Source of the DNA: Oligoflexia bacterium
GTDB lineage: Bacteria; Bdellovibrionota; UBA1018
Assembly: GCA_963758495.1 (NCBI GenBank)
Contig: CAVWVI010000003.1
Coordinates: 576,001 to 640,000 of the forward strand
Reading direction: 5' to 3'
Length of the DNA: 64,000 nt
Part shown: positions 34,918 to 44,075 of the stretch, one piece after another
Position numbering within the stretch: position 1 is the first letter of the stretch
Layout: each line of letters opens with the position of its first letter
Program-made: the position numbers and the translations under genes
Notes under the pieces: generated by a model
The model's database searches: none
Seen by the model: only the letters and a program-made list of their open reading frames with translations
What the model was told of the DNA's origin: nothing

Positions 34918-35619
34918 TTACACAATATCTTCCGTCTTGATGTCACTCTTGATGGAGAACTTCTTGAGTTTGAGGGAGGCGATCTGGCTCGCGGCATTCA
35001 CAAAGGCAGGGGTGAAATCATGAGCCATCACGATAACACGAAAGCGATCTCCAACCGTCTTTCTTATCTCTGCCATCTTGGAAACCAGTCCACCGAATGT
35101 AGTTTCATGGAGTGTGCCGCTCTTGATCTCAACCAGAGTAATCCTCCCGCTGGTGTCTTTGCACCAAATATCAAAGTCCGCACCCACTTCAGATGGAGGC
35201 TCCACTATCCGAAGTCCTTTCTCGATTTTGTCGAGGTCATTCTTAGCGGCGGAAGCCAAATCAACTGCTAGGGCAATCCCTTTCTCCATGCGGAAAGAGT
35301 CGGGTACAGACCGAATCCCTTTCCAAAGTGCGGTCTTTGCCAGCGCAAACAGGATGTCGAGCACTTGATCTTGCGGAAGACTGTCATTCTCTGCAATCAC
35401 TTCCACCTTTCGCTCTAAAGCCTCCAATAACTCAACATTTTTGGCGGTGATTTCGTTTCTCTCGTTTGTCCAGTTCATGACTGAAGTGGGATTCACCCCC
35501 AGAAGGGTAGCGAGTTTGCGCACGGATAAGTGATTTCGGTGCATAAAACTTTTGACGTATTCCTGCGCGTTTTTGATCTTTTTCACGATTCTCACTATAA
35601 CATTTACTATACCATTCAA
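34918..35619 (-). CDS. XRE-type HTH fused to a PD-(D/E)XK (NucS/restriction-like) nuclease domain
   Basis: LSVRKLATLLGVNPTSVMNW HTH; DFDIWCKD..G.ITLVEIKSG motif. Confidence 0.7.
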   Translation of the reverse strand: MNGIVNVIVRIVKKIKNAQEYVKSFMHRNHLSVRKLATLLGVNPTSVMNWTNERNEITAKNVELLEALERKVEVIAENDSLPQDQVLDILFALAKTALWKGIRSVPDSFRMEKGIALAVDLASAAKNDLDKIEKGLRIVEPPSEVGADFDIWCKDTSGRITLVEIKSGTLHETTFGGLVSKMAEIRKTVGDRFRVIVMAHDFTPAFVNAASQIASLKLKKFSIKSDIKTEDIV

Positions 35620-35743
35620 TATAACAAGTTCATACGAAAATAGGTGAAATCAGACACATAAACTTACTCTTATTTACACACTAATATACTTTCATACGAT
35701 TTATGATGGACTTTTATTTAACACTTGAGCTAATCTCTTTAGT

Positions 35744-36208
35744 ATGAGTGCCTGTAAAGTAAACTCGCATAAGGGCGAGTCAGACAGGGCTGTTCATAAA
35801 CTTTGTACGAAATGTAACCGTAAACAGCCCCTTAACTTGTTCTACACAAAGGGAAAAGATCGTAAGGGCAAGGTCCGACACGATCCCCTTTGCAAAAAAT
35901 GTAAGCTCGCACTTCGAGCGCGGAACGCCGAAAAACTTCGGCTTGTGCGACCACGGTCAGCACCCCAGAAAAAGATCAATCTCCGATCCTGTGGATTCGT
36001 CGAGATCGTCAATCAACTTGGCGCGTACCTGCCTAGCCAAATCAGGACATGCCTCACAAACCTCACTCACGAGGTTGTTTTTAGTTCACGACCACCTGAC
36101 GATACAGACCTGACCCTGAGTTCCGCCTTACGAGAGGAAGGAACTCATGAACCAGAAGCCATCACGGAAAATCCTGCTATTCAAGAAGCGGGTTCAAAAA
36201 CTCGTTGA
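35744..36208 (+). CDS. hypothetical protein with C4-type zinc-finger N-terminus
   Basis: CTKC....PL..FY...CKKC; divergent from the XRE gene. Confidence 0.55.
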   Translation: MSACKVNSHKGESDRAVHKLCTKCNRKQPLNLFYTKGKDRKGKVRHDPLCKKCKLALRARNAEKLRLVRPRSAPQKKINLRSCGFVEIVNQLGAYLPSQIRTCLTNLTHEVVFSSRPPDDTDLTLSSALREEGTHEPEAITENPAIQEAGSKTR

Positions 36209-36652
36209 AGGTCGGGACTATTCTTCACAGCCGATCCTTGGGCTTGATGCGATAAGAGGACGATCCGGGTTTTACAAGATCAATCCTCAAGAAGTCTTCA
36301 TTCTGAACGACATCTTCTCCCGCTTCGTCGCGCTCGGTGGAAATTTCGACAAACTACTCGGCTACTGTCGCCGAAGGAAGTACACCACCAAAATCCAATC
36401 CTACCAATGTTCGAGGAAACTCGTTTCAAAGAAGACGGGCGGAAACCATGTCCCGCGCCTATCTTTGGAGCTACTCACCAATACAAAGATTTTTGGCTAT
36501 GGCTCGATCATCGACCATGATGACGTTTTTTCTGATCTGCAAAAAGAAGGGAAGCGTCTGGTTTTACCACTCGCACATGGTTGTGTGATTGATCCGCCTT
36601 AGCTGAAAAAGTCAGAGCAATTCTGCTCGATCAATTCAACATAACACTCTAA
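36147..36652 (+). CDS. recombinase DNA-binding-domain-only paralog (frameshift near 36600)
   Basis: PILGLD...GFYKIN..E...IF..F......C....Y.TK aligns by eye with the downstream recombinase; no RVST catalytic domain. Confidence 0.6.
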
Positions 36653-36665
36653 CAAAGGAGAAACT

Positions 36666-38413
36666 ATGAGTGTAGGACCGAAAGAACTGATGAGAAGACT
36701 GCTTAAACGTGCAGATAGACGACTGTATTTCGCTGCGATTGTCCGTGTTTCAACACAAAGGCAGGGCAATGTGCTTCACGGCTCAAAAGAACAGCAAAAC
36801 CACTTTATCGACAACTACCTTGCAGACTAGAAAAGCAATTGAACTGCAAAATCATCCTTTCAAAAAGAGTGGTGGAAGAAATGAGCGGAGGTGAAGACTC
36901 CATTATCCATAGAACAGAACTTCTTGAGGTCATGAAACTGATGGAAGCGGGGTATCTGGATGGAATCATTTACGAAAAGTTGGACCGCCTTTCCCGAGAT
37001 CAGGAGTTCAATATCCGCATCCTAAAAACCGCGCAGAAAGCCAACTGTGCCATCGTTCAGGTGAACAAGGGATTCATTGATCTGAAGCAACGCTCCGATC
37101 GTCTAGGTGTCACGCTGGAAAATGTAGTTGCAGAGGACTATCGTTTTGAACTTCAGGAGAAGGTTCAAAAGAAAACCCGTGCCGCTCGCGTGAACAACGG
37201 CAAGGATAACAGCACCACTCCTGTCCTCGGATTGGACCCGCACCCGACGCAAGCAGGTTTTTATGTCATCAACAAAGAGGAACAAAAGATGGTGACCGAA
37301 ATCTTCTCCCTCTTTGCAAGAACCTCAAGTTACGACGCGGTTGTGAAATACTGCCAAGAAAAAGGGTACAGGAGCAAGACCCGCATGACGAAAGAGAAGA
37401 TCGACAAAGAGGGGAACCGTGTGGCACCGCGAATGATCGGGGGAAAGCCAATTACCCCCACTATCTATTACGATCTGTTTAAGAATAAGAAAATTCGAGG
37501 TATCGGACGATTCAAAGATGATTGGGAACAATACCCCGACAAGCAGGATGTAAATGGTATAGTCCATTACAAGTTCCGCCACGACCCCGTGGTTCCTCCT
37601 GAATTGACCGTACAGGTTGATGCTGTACTTGAACGAATTGCCAAAGAACACGTGAAATACGGGAAGTTCGTGTACTTACTTCTGGTATATTCTTCACGAG
37701 TGACGGAAAGCGAATGAAGGGGACTGGAGGAAACAATATTGAAAACGGTCGATACAGGTACTATTCAAACTCCACCCTCAAACAAAGCATTCCAAAAGAT
37801 GAGATCGAAGCCCTCATCATCAAACGGATCAAGCACTATCTCGCCAACAGCGGGACCGTTGCATCAGCTTCTCGAAGAGACTCTGAAGAACAAGCACTCC
37901 TTTGTACCCATGTTCGAGGAGCAAATCCGAGAAGCCCAAATCAAAATGGATGAGGCGAGACTTGCCATCGATAAGTTCTCAGACACAATCCAAGCTGCGG
38001 TTTTGGATAAAACACAAAATCTCACCGAAGTTTGTAAGGTCATGCTGGAGGAAAAGACCAAAGCTCAAGCGACCGTGGAAAAGCTCGATGCGGAGATCAG
38101 GGAACTGGAACGGAAGAAGATTATCGCAAAGGACCGGTTTGAGAACTCCACACTACCCGACTTCTTGCAGAGGACCGTTCAGCATTTTGAAAAATTGCCT
38201 GATACTGAGAAAAAGAAGATCATCCAAACGATCATCGCTCGTATCGTGATTGACCCTGCCAAACCTGAAAAAATTGAATTGCTGATTAACCCGGACCCTG
38301 AAGGCTCACCGTTGGTAAGGTGGAGCATAAATTCTATTAAGTCAGAAATGGTGGAGCTGATCGGAGTCGAACCGACGACCCCCTGCTTGCAAAGCAGGTG
38401 CTCTACCAATTGA
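36666..38413 (+). pseudogene. large serine recombinase (integrase) with three frameshifts
   Basis: AAAGGAG RBS, ATG 36666; IVRVSTQRQ catalytic Ser, KLDRLSRD, recombinase domain, YLL/SG...YRYY, coiled coil, KKKIIQTIIARIVI; frame changes near 36825, 37680 and 37855. Confidence 0.85.
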
Positions 38414-38424
38414 GCTACAGCCCC
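38349..38424 (-). tRNA. tRNA-Ala(TGC)
   Basis: GGGGCTGTAGCTCAATTGGTAGAGCACCTGCTTTGCAAGCAGGGGGTCGTCGGTTCGACTCCGATCAGCTCCACCA. Confidence 0.98.
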
Positions 38425-38571
38425 ACTGTACGAATGGTATTTATTGAGCGCCCTCATCTTTACGAAATCTCGAGCCATTTAGCAAATGTAAAGTTACAAA
38501 TTTTTCATCTTATTTTCAGCCTCATCGTCAGCCTATGGATTAGAAAACGCATTATGTGATAGATAGTCATC

Positions 38572-38898
38572 ATGTCAGCATTAACTATCGAGAATTACAG
38601 CAAAGGCTTTTTAATTGATGATGAACTCATGGCAGGTATCACATCAAATCCAGAAAATCCGGGTACTTATGTTGCTTTTGTACTACAACACACCACCGGA
38701 GAATACTTAGGTTATCAGCCCTTCTCTGATCTTCCTACTGCCCTTCAATCCCTCAATCAAATTCCCCGATCTTGGGCATTTGAGCAAGCAGGCGGTTGCG
38801 GAGGGGGCTGTAAGGAAGGGGGGTCTTGCTCAAAAGGAAGCTGTGGAACCCAAAAATGTAACAAAGGGGCTTGCTCCGTCCTCACTCCCAAAACCTAA
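38572..38898 (+). CDS. hypothetical protein with Cys/Gly-rich C-terminal tail
   Basis: 108-aa ORF ending GGCGGGCKEGGSCSKGSCGTQKCNKGACS... Confidence 0.7.
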   Translation: MSALTIENYSKGFLIDDELMAGITSNPENPGTYVAFVLQHTTGEYLGYQPFSDLPTALQSLNQIPRSWAFEQAGGCGGGCKEGGSCSKGSCGTQKCNKGACSVLTPKT

Positions 38899-38936
38899 TT
38901 ATTTTTTAACCAAAACTCTTCCTTCGCGGCAAGTAC

Positions 38937-39137
38937 GTAGTTCCTTTAGGGCTGTTGACAAGCACTGAAAGGAGTCCTGTTGCGCCATAAAGATTAAATA
39001 AGTAGTTCCTTTAGGGTTGTTGGTAAGAACAGTGAGAAGTCTGTTGCGCCGTAAAGATTTGGATTCCCGGCGCAACAAGACTTCTTACTGTTCTTATGAT
39101 TTGAATTCCCGGCGCAATAGGACTCCTTTCAGTGCTT
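38937..39137. repeat. two nested copies of a long palindromic (REP/MITE-like) element
   Basis: Outer arms 38960-38986 and 39111-39137; inner arms 39024-39051 and 39068-39096; each copy preceded by GTAGTTCCTTTAGGG. Confidence 0.85.
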
Positions 39138-39833
39138 ACCTTTGATGAGCTCTGCACAATTTAAGTACCGATTTAATGTCTGGTACGCTTGGTTTCCAGA
39201 AAGATAGAATAAAAGAAGAAACAAACCTAAACCTACAAACTGAGAAAAATCATTAGAAGAAGTCTCTACCCATCCAAGCAAAGATGTCTTTACCCACGTC
39301 ATCTTTTCTTCACCGTCCATAAGTGAATCAATTCCTTGCATGAGCAAAAAAAACACAGCCCCCGCCAAAGCAGTCAAATACTTAGTCCGGTTCTGCATGG
39401 CTTGTAAGTCCATTTTGAAACTCGCGATAACCCATTCCCACTGATCAGCAGAGGCAGGAATTAAACGTGCCATCTCTTCGGAGACGCGCTCTCGCCATAA
39501 GCCTTCCTTTAAAGGTTGCTCCAGCATGGCCGCCCCCCCTCCTCTGCGGAAAAGACCGGGCACTTGAGCAAGAACCTCAATACTTAATATATAGATAGAA
39601 TAGAAAATCGGAACTACAAGAATTAACCAATCTAAATAGTTTCTAAAAGTTCTTGGAATAACCCTCAGCTTTACAAGAATCAGAAGAATAATGGACATCA
39701 GCACTGGCAGGAAAAAACACCAGAAAAAGACATTCAACATTCGTCGATTGACGCGATTTCTTTCTTTTTGAATATCTTCGGCAATAAAATGAATAAAACT
39801 TTTATAGAGTTCTTGTCGATTTAACCCCTGCAT
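39129..39833 (-). CDS. hypothetical membrane protein
   Basis: 234 aa with about four hydrophobic helices. Confidence 0.75.
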   Translation of the reverse strand: MQGLNRQELYKSFIHFIAEDIQKERNRVNRRMLNVFFWCFFLPVLMSIILLILVKLRVIPRTFRNYLDWLILVVPIFYSIYILSIEVLAQVPGLFRRGGGAAMLEQPLKEGLWRERVSEEMARLIPASADQWEWVIASFKMDLQAMQNRTKYLTALAGAVFFLLMQGIDSLMDGEEKMTWVKTSLLGWVETSSNDFSQFVGLGLFLLLFYLSGNQAYQTLNRYLNCAELIKGKH

Positions 39834-39859
39834 TAACTCTATTCTACGTGGTCTCTCCG

Positions 39860-39898
39860 TTATGGGTAAATAATTTTTTATAAATTATTTACCCATAA
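39860..39898. repeat. perfect 17-bp AT-rich inverted repeat (terminator or operator)
   Basis: TTATGGGTAAATAATTT-tttat-AAATTATTTACCCATAA immediately after the ymdB stop. Confidence 0.6.
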
Positions 39899-39914
39899 TG
39901 GGTGGCCATCCATC

Positions 39915-40724
39915 TTAAGAGGTGACCACAACTTCCCGCAAACGTAGAATTGAACGTGATTTTCCAGTTGATTCATCGATATCAATAATAACAGCACCAT
40001 AACCACCTGGCCCCTCTGCGGGCTCATACCGAACAGGGCGTTTTGTAAGGAATTTTTGAATAGAAATCTCTTTTTTCACGCCAATCACTGAGTCAAAACA
40101 TCCACACATTCCAACATCTGTAATTGCAGCGGTACCTCTAGGCAAAATTCTCTCATCGGCAGTTTGTACATGAGAATGGCTTCCAACCACCGCACTTGCC
40201 TTACCATCCATAAAGTAAGCAAATGCTTGTTTTTCAGAAGAAGCCTCACCATGGAAGTCGATTAAAATACTTTGAATTCCTAATTCATCTAGACGATCGA
40301 CCTCTCGCTCAGCAGCTCGGAAGGGACAATCTAATGCATCCATGAATACTCTACCCATGACTTGAACGACTCCCAATCTCAGCCCTGAACGCTTGCGCGA
40401 CTCCACGACAGTCACACCTCGCCCCGGAGCCCTAAATGATGGGTGATCAGGATAGTTCGCAGGACGAAGAATTCGTGTGCTTGTTGCCATAAAAGGAATA
40501 ATTTGTCTCTGATCCCACGCATGATTTCCTGTAGTAATCACGTCCACACCCAGATCAAAAAACTCTTCCGCCATTTCAGGAAGAATTCCATTTCCATGAG
40601 CAAAATTTTCACCATTGACCACAATAAAATCGATTTGATATTGAGAAGCCAATTTCGCAATAGCAATCTTTACAGCTTCACGACCTGGACGCCCAAATGT
40701 ATCACCAAAATAAAGAACTTTCAT
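39915..40724 (-). CDS. ymdB: YmdB/TIGR00282 metallophosphoesterase
   Basis: GDTFGRPG, NGEN, TTGNHAWD, DFHGEASSEK, GSHSHVQTAD, TDVGM; follows rny. Confidence 0.93.
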   Translation of the reverse strand: MKVLYFGDTFGRPGREAVKIAIAKLASQYQIDFIVVNGENFAHGNGILPEMAEEFFDLGVDVITTGNHAWDQRQIIPFMATSTRILRPANYPDHPSFRAPGRGVTVVESRKRSGLRLGVVQVMGRVFMDALDCPFRAAEREVDRLDELGIQSILIDFHGEASSEKQAFAYFMDGKASAVVGSHSHVQTADERILPRGTAAITDVGMCGCFDSVIGVKKEISIQKFLTKRPVRYEPAEGPGGYGAVIIDIDESTGKSRSILRLREVVVTS

Positions 40725-41938
40725 TGAACTGCAACCTCTGTAACTCTCAACTCACGGAGAACCGTGACTTTAATTTGACCTGGAAAGCGAACCTCTGACT
40801 CAATTCGATCCGCAATTTGACGAGCCATTTGAGAAACCCCCGCATCAGAAACTCGAGTACTATCTACGAACACACGAAGTTCTCTACCCGCTTGAACTGC
40901 GAATGCCATACTGACACCTGGAATTTCTTTCGCAATTTTCTCAATAGCTGTCGCACGCTCCAAAGCATTTTGAGTAGAGCCGTGCCGAGCTCCTGGACGA
41001 GCCCCTGAAATTGCGTCTGCCGCAATCACCAAATAATCTAACACGCTTTTGGGTACGCACTCTTCATGATGACATGAAATAGCCTGTACCACTTGAGGAT
41101 CTTCGCCATAGCGCTTGGCAAATTCTGCCCCTGCCTCAGCGTGACCACCATCATGTGTTTGATCCAATGCCTTTCCCAAATCATGTAGCAATCCAGCACG
41201 CCGGGCTAACATCGGGTCAAAGCCAAGCTCCACCGCCAGATTTCCGCAGAGCCAAGCCGTTTCGACAGAATGCTCTAATTGATTTTGACCGAAGCTGTGA
41301 CGAAACTTTAAAGTTCCTAATACACGTAAAATCGCAGGATGAATGTTTTGAATTCCTAATTCTTGAACAGCCGCAAGACCCGCCGCTCTTGCCTCCAGAT
41401 CAACCTGGCCTCGTGCTTCAGCTAAAACTTCCTCAATTCTTGCCGGCTGGATTCTTCCATCTCGCACCAAAGTCTCTAAAGCAACGCGAGCGACTTCCCT
41501 ACGAAAAGAATCAAAGCTCGAAATCAAAATGGAATCTGCCTCATCATTTAAAAGTAAATCAACACCGGCACGCTCTTCAAAATGTCGAGCATTGCGCCCG
41601 TCTTTACCCACAATCTTTCCTTTGATTCCATCTTTTAATTGCAAGGGCGAGAGCTTAACCCGAGAAACTGTCAGGTGAGAAACCGTTTTTGTCACTTGTC
41701 GAGCAACTGCAATAGCAATCAGTCGTCGTGCCTGATCTTCTTCATCTAAATAGTTCGGCAATAGAGTGGAATAGGTAGTCACTGATGAATGAAGAGTCAG
41801 CGCTTCGTGATATACAGGTGGTACAACAGGCTGTGGTACAGCAGGATGTACAGGTCGTTCAGGCGGTTTTTTTTCAACCGTTAAACTCACTGAAACCGGC
41901 TTTTTAAACAGGAACAGCCAGCGTTTCCAAAAGCTCAT
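40721..41938 (-). CDS. rny: ribonuclease Y (KH and HD domains), short N-terminus
   Basis: KGKIVGKDGRN, SSFDSFRRE, DGRIQPARIEE, LLHDLGK, ADAISGARPGAR, QAGRELRV; ATG 41938 overlaps the ygfA stop. Confidence 0.9.
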   Translation of the reverse strand: MSFWKRWLFLFKKPVSVSLTVEKKPPERPVHPAVPQPVVPPVYHEALTLHSSVTTYSTLLPNYLDEEDQARRLIAIAVARQVTKTVSHLTVSRVKLSPLQLKDGIKGKIVGKDGRNARHFEERAGVDLLLNDEADSILISSFDSFRREVARVALETLVRDGRIQPARIEEVLAEARGQVDLEARAAGLAAVQELGIQNIHPAILRVLGTLKFRHSFGQNQLEHSVETAWLCGNLAVELGFDPMLARRAGLLHDLGKALDQTHDGGHAEAGAEFAKRYGEDPQVVQAISCHHEECVPKSVLDYLVIAADAISGARPGARHGSTQNALERATAIEKIAKEIPGVSMAFAVQAGRELRVFVDSTRVSDAGVSQMARQIADRIESEVRFPGQIKVTVLRELRVTEVAVQ

Positions 41939-42636
41939 AAACTTTCCCGCCTTTCCCACCATTGGAATACAAAAGGGGTTTTGAATTCACGTGCCTCGGT
42001 AAAAATCCAATGAACCGGCTGATCCAAAACTTTTTGCGGAACCTGTGGAAAAACCTGAAAATCAAAAGCAATGGCAATACGAAGAGCATGAGGCGCTTGA
42101 ATCAAAAAACGATCATAATAACCTGATCCCATTCCAATACGCTCACCCCTTTCGCCAAACACCACTCCGGGCACAAAAATTAAATCAAGACTTTCAGGTG
42201 GTACCGCACTTAAATGAGATTGGGGCTCTTGGATTCCATAGACGCCGGTTTTCCAAGTCAGTTGAGGATCAAGCATTTCTGAAACTTCAACAAACTCGAT
42301 CACCTGATTCGAATTGTTCATGACAGGTTCTTGAGCAATTCTTGAAGCAACACTTGGAACAACCCTGGGATAATGCAGCTTACATCCCAACTGAGAAAAA
42401 AGGGGGGTCAACGAGTCCAAATTGAGCTCTGACGGTAATGCCCGATAGAGTCCAACGTGCAGATTCTTATTCCTGAGTTGTGCATGTCTTGAAAAATTTT
42501 GGAATTCTGAAAACTTTAAAAATCGTGCAACAGCGTCAGCACTGAGAGCAGACACCTGCTCAGATGACAATAACTTACGTTGTTCTAAAACCTTTTGCCT
42601 AATTTGAATTTCTGACTCATCCGATTTTGAATACAT
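41935..42636 (-). CDS. ygfA: 5-formyltetrahydrofolate cyclo-ligase
   Basis: YGIQEP, DLIFVPGVVF...GERIGMGSGYYDRFL. Confidence 0.92.
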   Translation of the reverse strand: MYSKSDESEIQIRQKVLEQRKLLSSEQVSALSADAVARFLKFSEFQNFSRHAQLRNKNLHVGLYRALPSELNLDSLTPLFSQLGCKLHYPRVVPSVASRIAQEPVMNNSNQVIEFVEVSEMLDPQLTWKTGVYGIQEPQSHLSAVPPESLDLIFVPGVVFGERGERIGMGSGYYDRFLIQAPHALRIAIAFDFQVFPQVPQKVLDQPVHWIFTEAREFKTPFVFQWWERRESL

Positions 42637-42728
42637 TCCATTTGCTCAGTTCCTGCATACCAGTCACACCACTCAACGAATGATTCTTAGACTGAAATTA
42701 GCATGTTAATGAGCGAAGAAATATAGCA

Positions 42729-43934
42729 CTAATTTAGTAAGGATTCAACCACCAATGCAATTCCCTGCCCTCCACCTATACAAGCAGACCCAACCCCATA
42801 TCTTTTCTTCTGCCGCCCTAACTCATAAAGCAAGGTTTGGAGGATTCGCGTACCGCTCGCAGCCAATGGGTGCCCTACCGCAATAGCTCCACCATTCACA
42901 TTTAATAATTCATGAGGGATTTCAAGCTCTTTAGCCACTGCTAAAACTTGTGGCGCAAACGCTTCATTCACTTCAATTAAGTCCATTTGCGAAAGGCTCA
43001 AGCCAGCTCGCTTAAGCGCTTCCCGGATAGCAGGTGCAGGCCCAATTCCCATAATACTTGGATCACACCCTACAATTCCATAAGATACCAACCGACCGAG
43101 TGGTTGAATCCCTCTCCTTTGCGCCTCTTTTTCCGTTGAAACGACTAAGGCGGCCGCGCCATCCACAATGCCGCTCGCATTTCCTGCGGTGACTAAGCCG
43201 TCATTTTTAAAGAGGGGCTTTAATCGAGCCAACTTTTCAGGCGTGCTATCCGGTTTAGGATGCTCATCCTTTTCCACCCGCATCAAATTTCCCTTTTTAT
43301 CGTGAACCATAAAAGGAACAATCTCATCTTGAAATTTCCCCTGAGTCATCGCGCTTTGATAAAGCTCCTGACTTCTCAACGCGAAGGCATCACAATCTGA
43401 ACGAGAAATTTGGTATTTCTCTCCTAAATTTTCTGCGGTAATCGCCATGGGAACTTGTACATGCGAATCATAAAGAGAGTCCACCATCATATCACTGATG
43501 GGACTGTGACCCATTTTCATTCCCCATCTTGCCCCACGAATCAAATAGGGGCTCATACTCATATTTTCAACCCCACCCACCAGTGCAATGCGCGTATCTC
43601 CGGCAAGCATCTGAAAATACGCTTCAATGACAGCTTGAAATCCAGAGCCACACAGACGATTTACCCCTAGAGCTGGGACAGAAGTTGGAATGCCCAATTT
43701 CAATCCAATATGCCGCGGGGTGTAAATACTGTCGGAAGCAGAATGTAAAACGTTTCCAAAAATCACATGATCCACTTCTTTAGGATCTACTTGCGCTTGC
43801 TCTAAAGCTGCCCGAGCTGCGGTCATGGATAAGTCGGTTGGATTGACATCTCGGAGTGCCCCCCCATTAGCACCAAATGGGGTTCGCTTTCCTGATAAAA
43901 AGACAAGAGATTCATGCTTCACAGATGTATTCAT
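42729..43934 (-). CDS. acetyl-CoA acyltransferase (thiolase)
   Basis: RTPFG, NRLCGSG, TAGNASGIVDGAA, NEAFA, GHPLAASG, CIGGGQG. Confidence 0.95.
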   Translation of the reverse strand: MNTSVKHESLVFLSGKRTPFGANGGALRDVNPTDLSMTAARAALEQAQVDPKEVDHVIFGNVLHSASDSIYTPRHIGLKLGIPTSVPALGVNRLCGSGFQAVIEAYFQMLAGDTRIALVGGVENMSMSPYLIRGARWGMKMGHSPISDMMVDSLYDSHVQVPMAITAENLGEKYQISRSDCDAFALRSQELYQSAMTQGKFQDEIVPFMVHDKKGNLMRVEKDEHPKPDSTPEKLARLKPLFKNDGLVTAGNASGIVDGAAALVVSTEKEAQRRGIQPLGRLVSYGIVGCDPSIMGIGPAPAIREALKRAGLSLSQMDLIEVNEAFAPQVLAVAKELEIPHELLNVNGGAIAVGHPLAASGTRILQTLLYELGRQKKRYGVGSACIGGGQGIALVVESLLN

Positions 43935-44075
43935 AATTTTTCACCATTGATCGCACCGTTAACCGAGTCCATTCACCTTAAAAATTGAAATATTTTAAGA
44001 CACCTGTCGGTAAATTATGCCTGTTTACAGATTTATCACTCCTAGACCATACTTAAATAAGAAAGAGACCAATGA

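Larger units (their letters stand above)
32095..38355. mobile_element. integrative element at the tRNA-Ala 3' end, encoding a large serine recombinase (decaying)
   Basis: Direct repeat AAATGGTGGA at 32095-32104 and 38346-38355, the latter overlapping the tRNA 3' end; recombinase gene abuts the tRNA. Confidence 0.72.

Noticed and set aside
32095..38355. Prophage
   Set aside because: No structural, terminase or replication genes; only about 6 kb.
38179..38478. 99-aa minus-strand ORF
   Set aside because: Spans tRNA-Ala and is antisense to the recombinase.
38937..39137. Possible CRISPR array
   Set aside because: Repeats are long inverted arms without regular unique spacers, and no cas genes are present.
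42637..42728. 6S RNA expected upstream of ygfA
   Set aside because: Only about 90 bp separate thiolase and ygfA, too short, and no long hairpin is visible.
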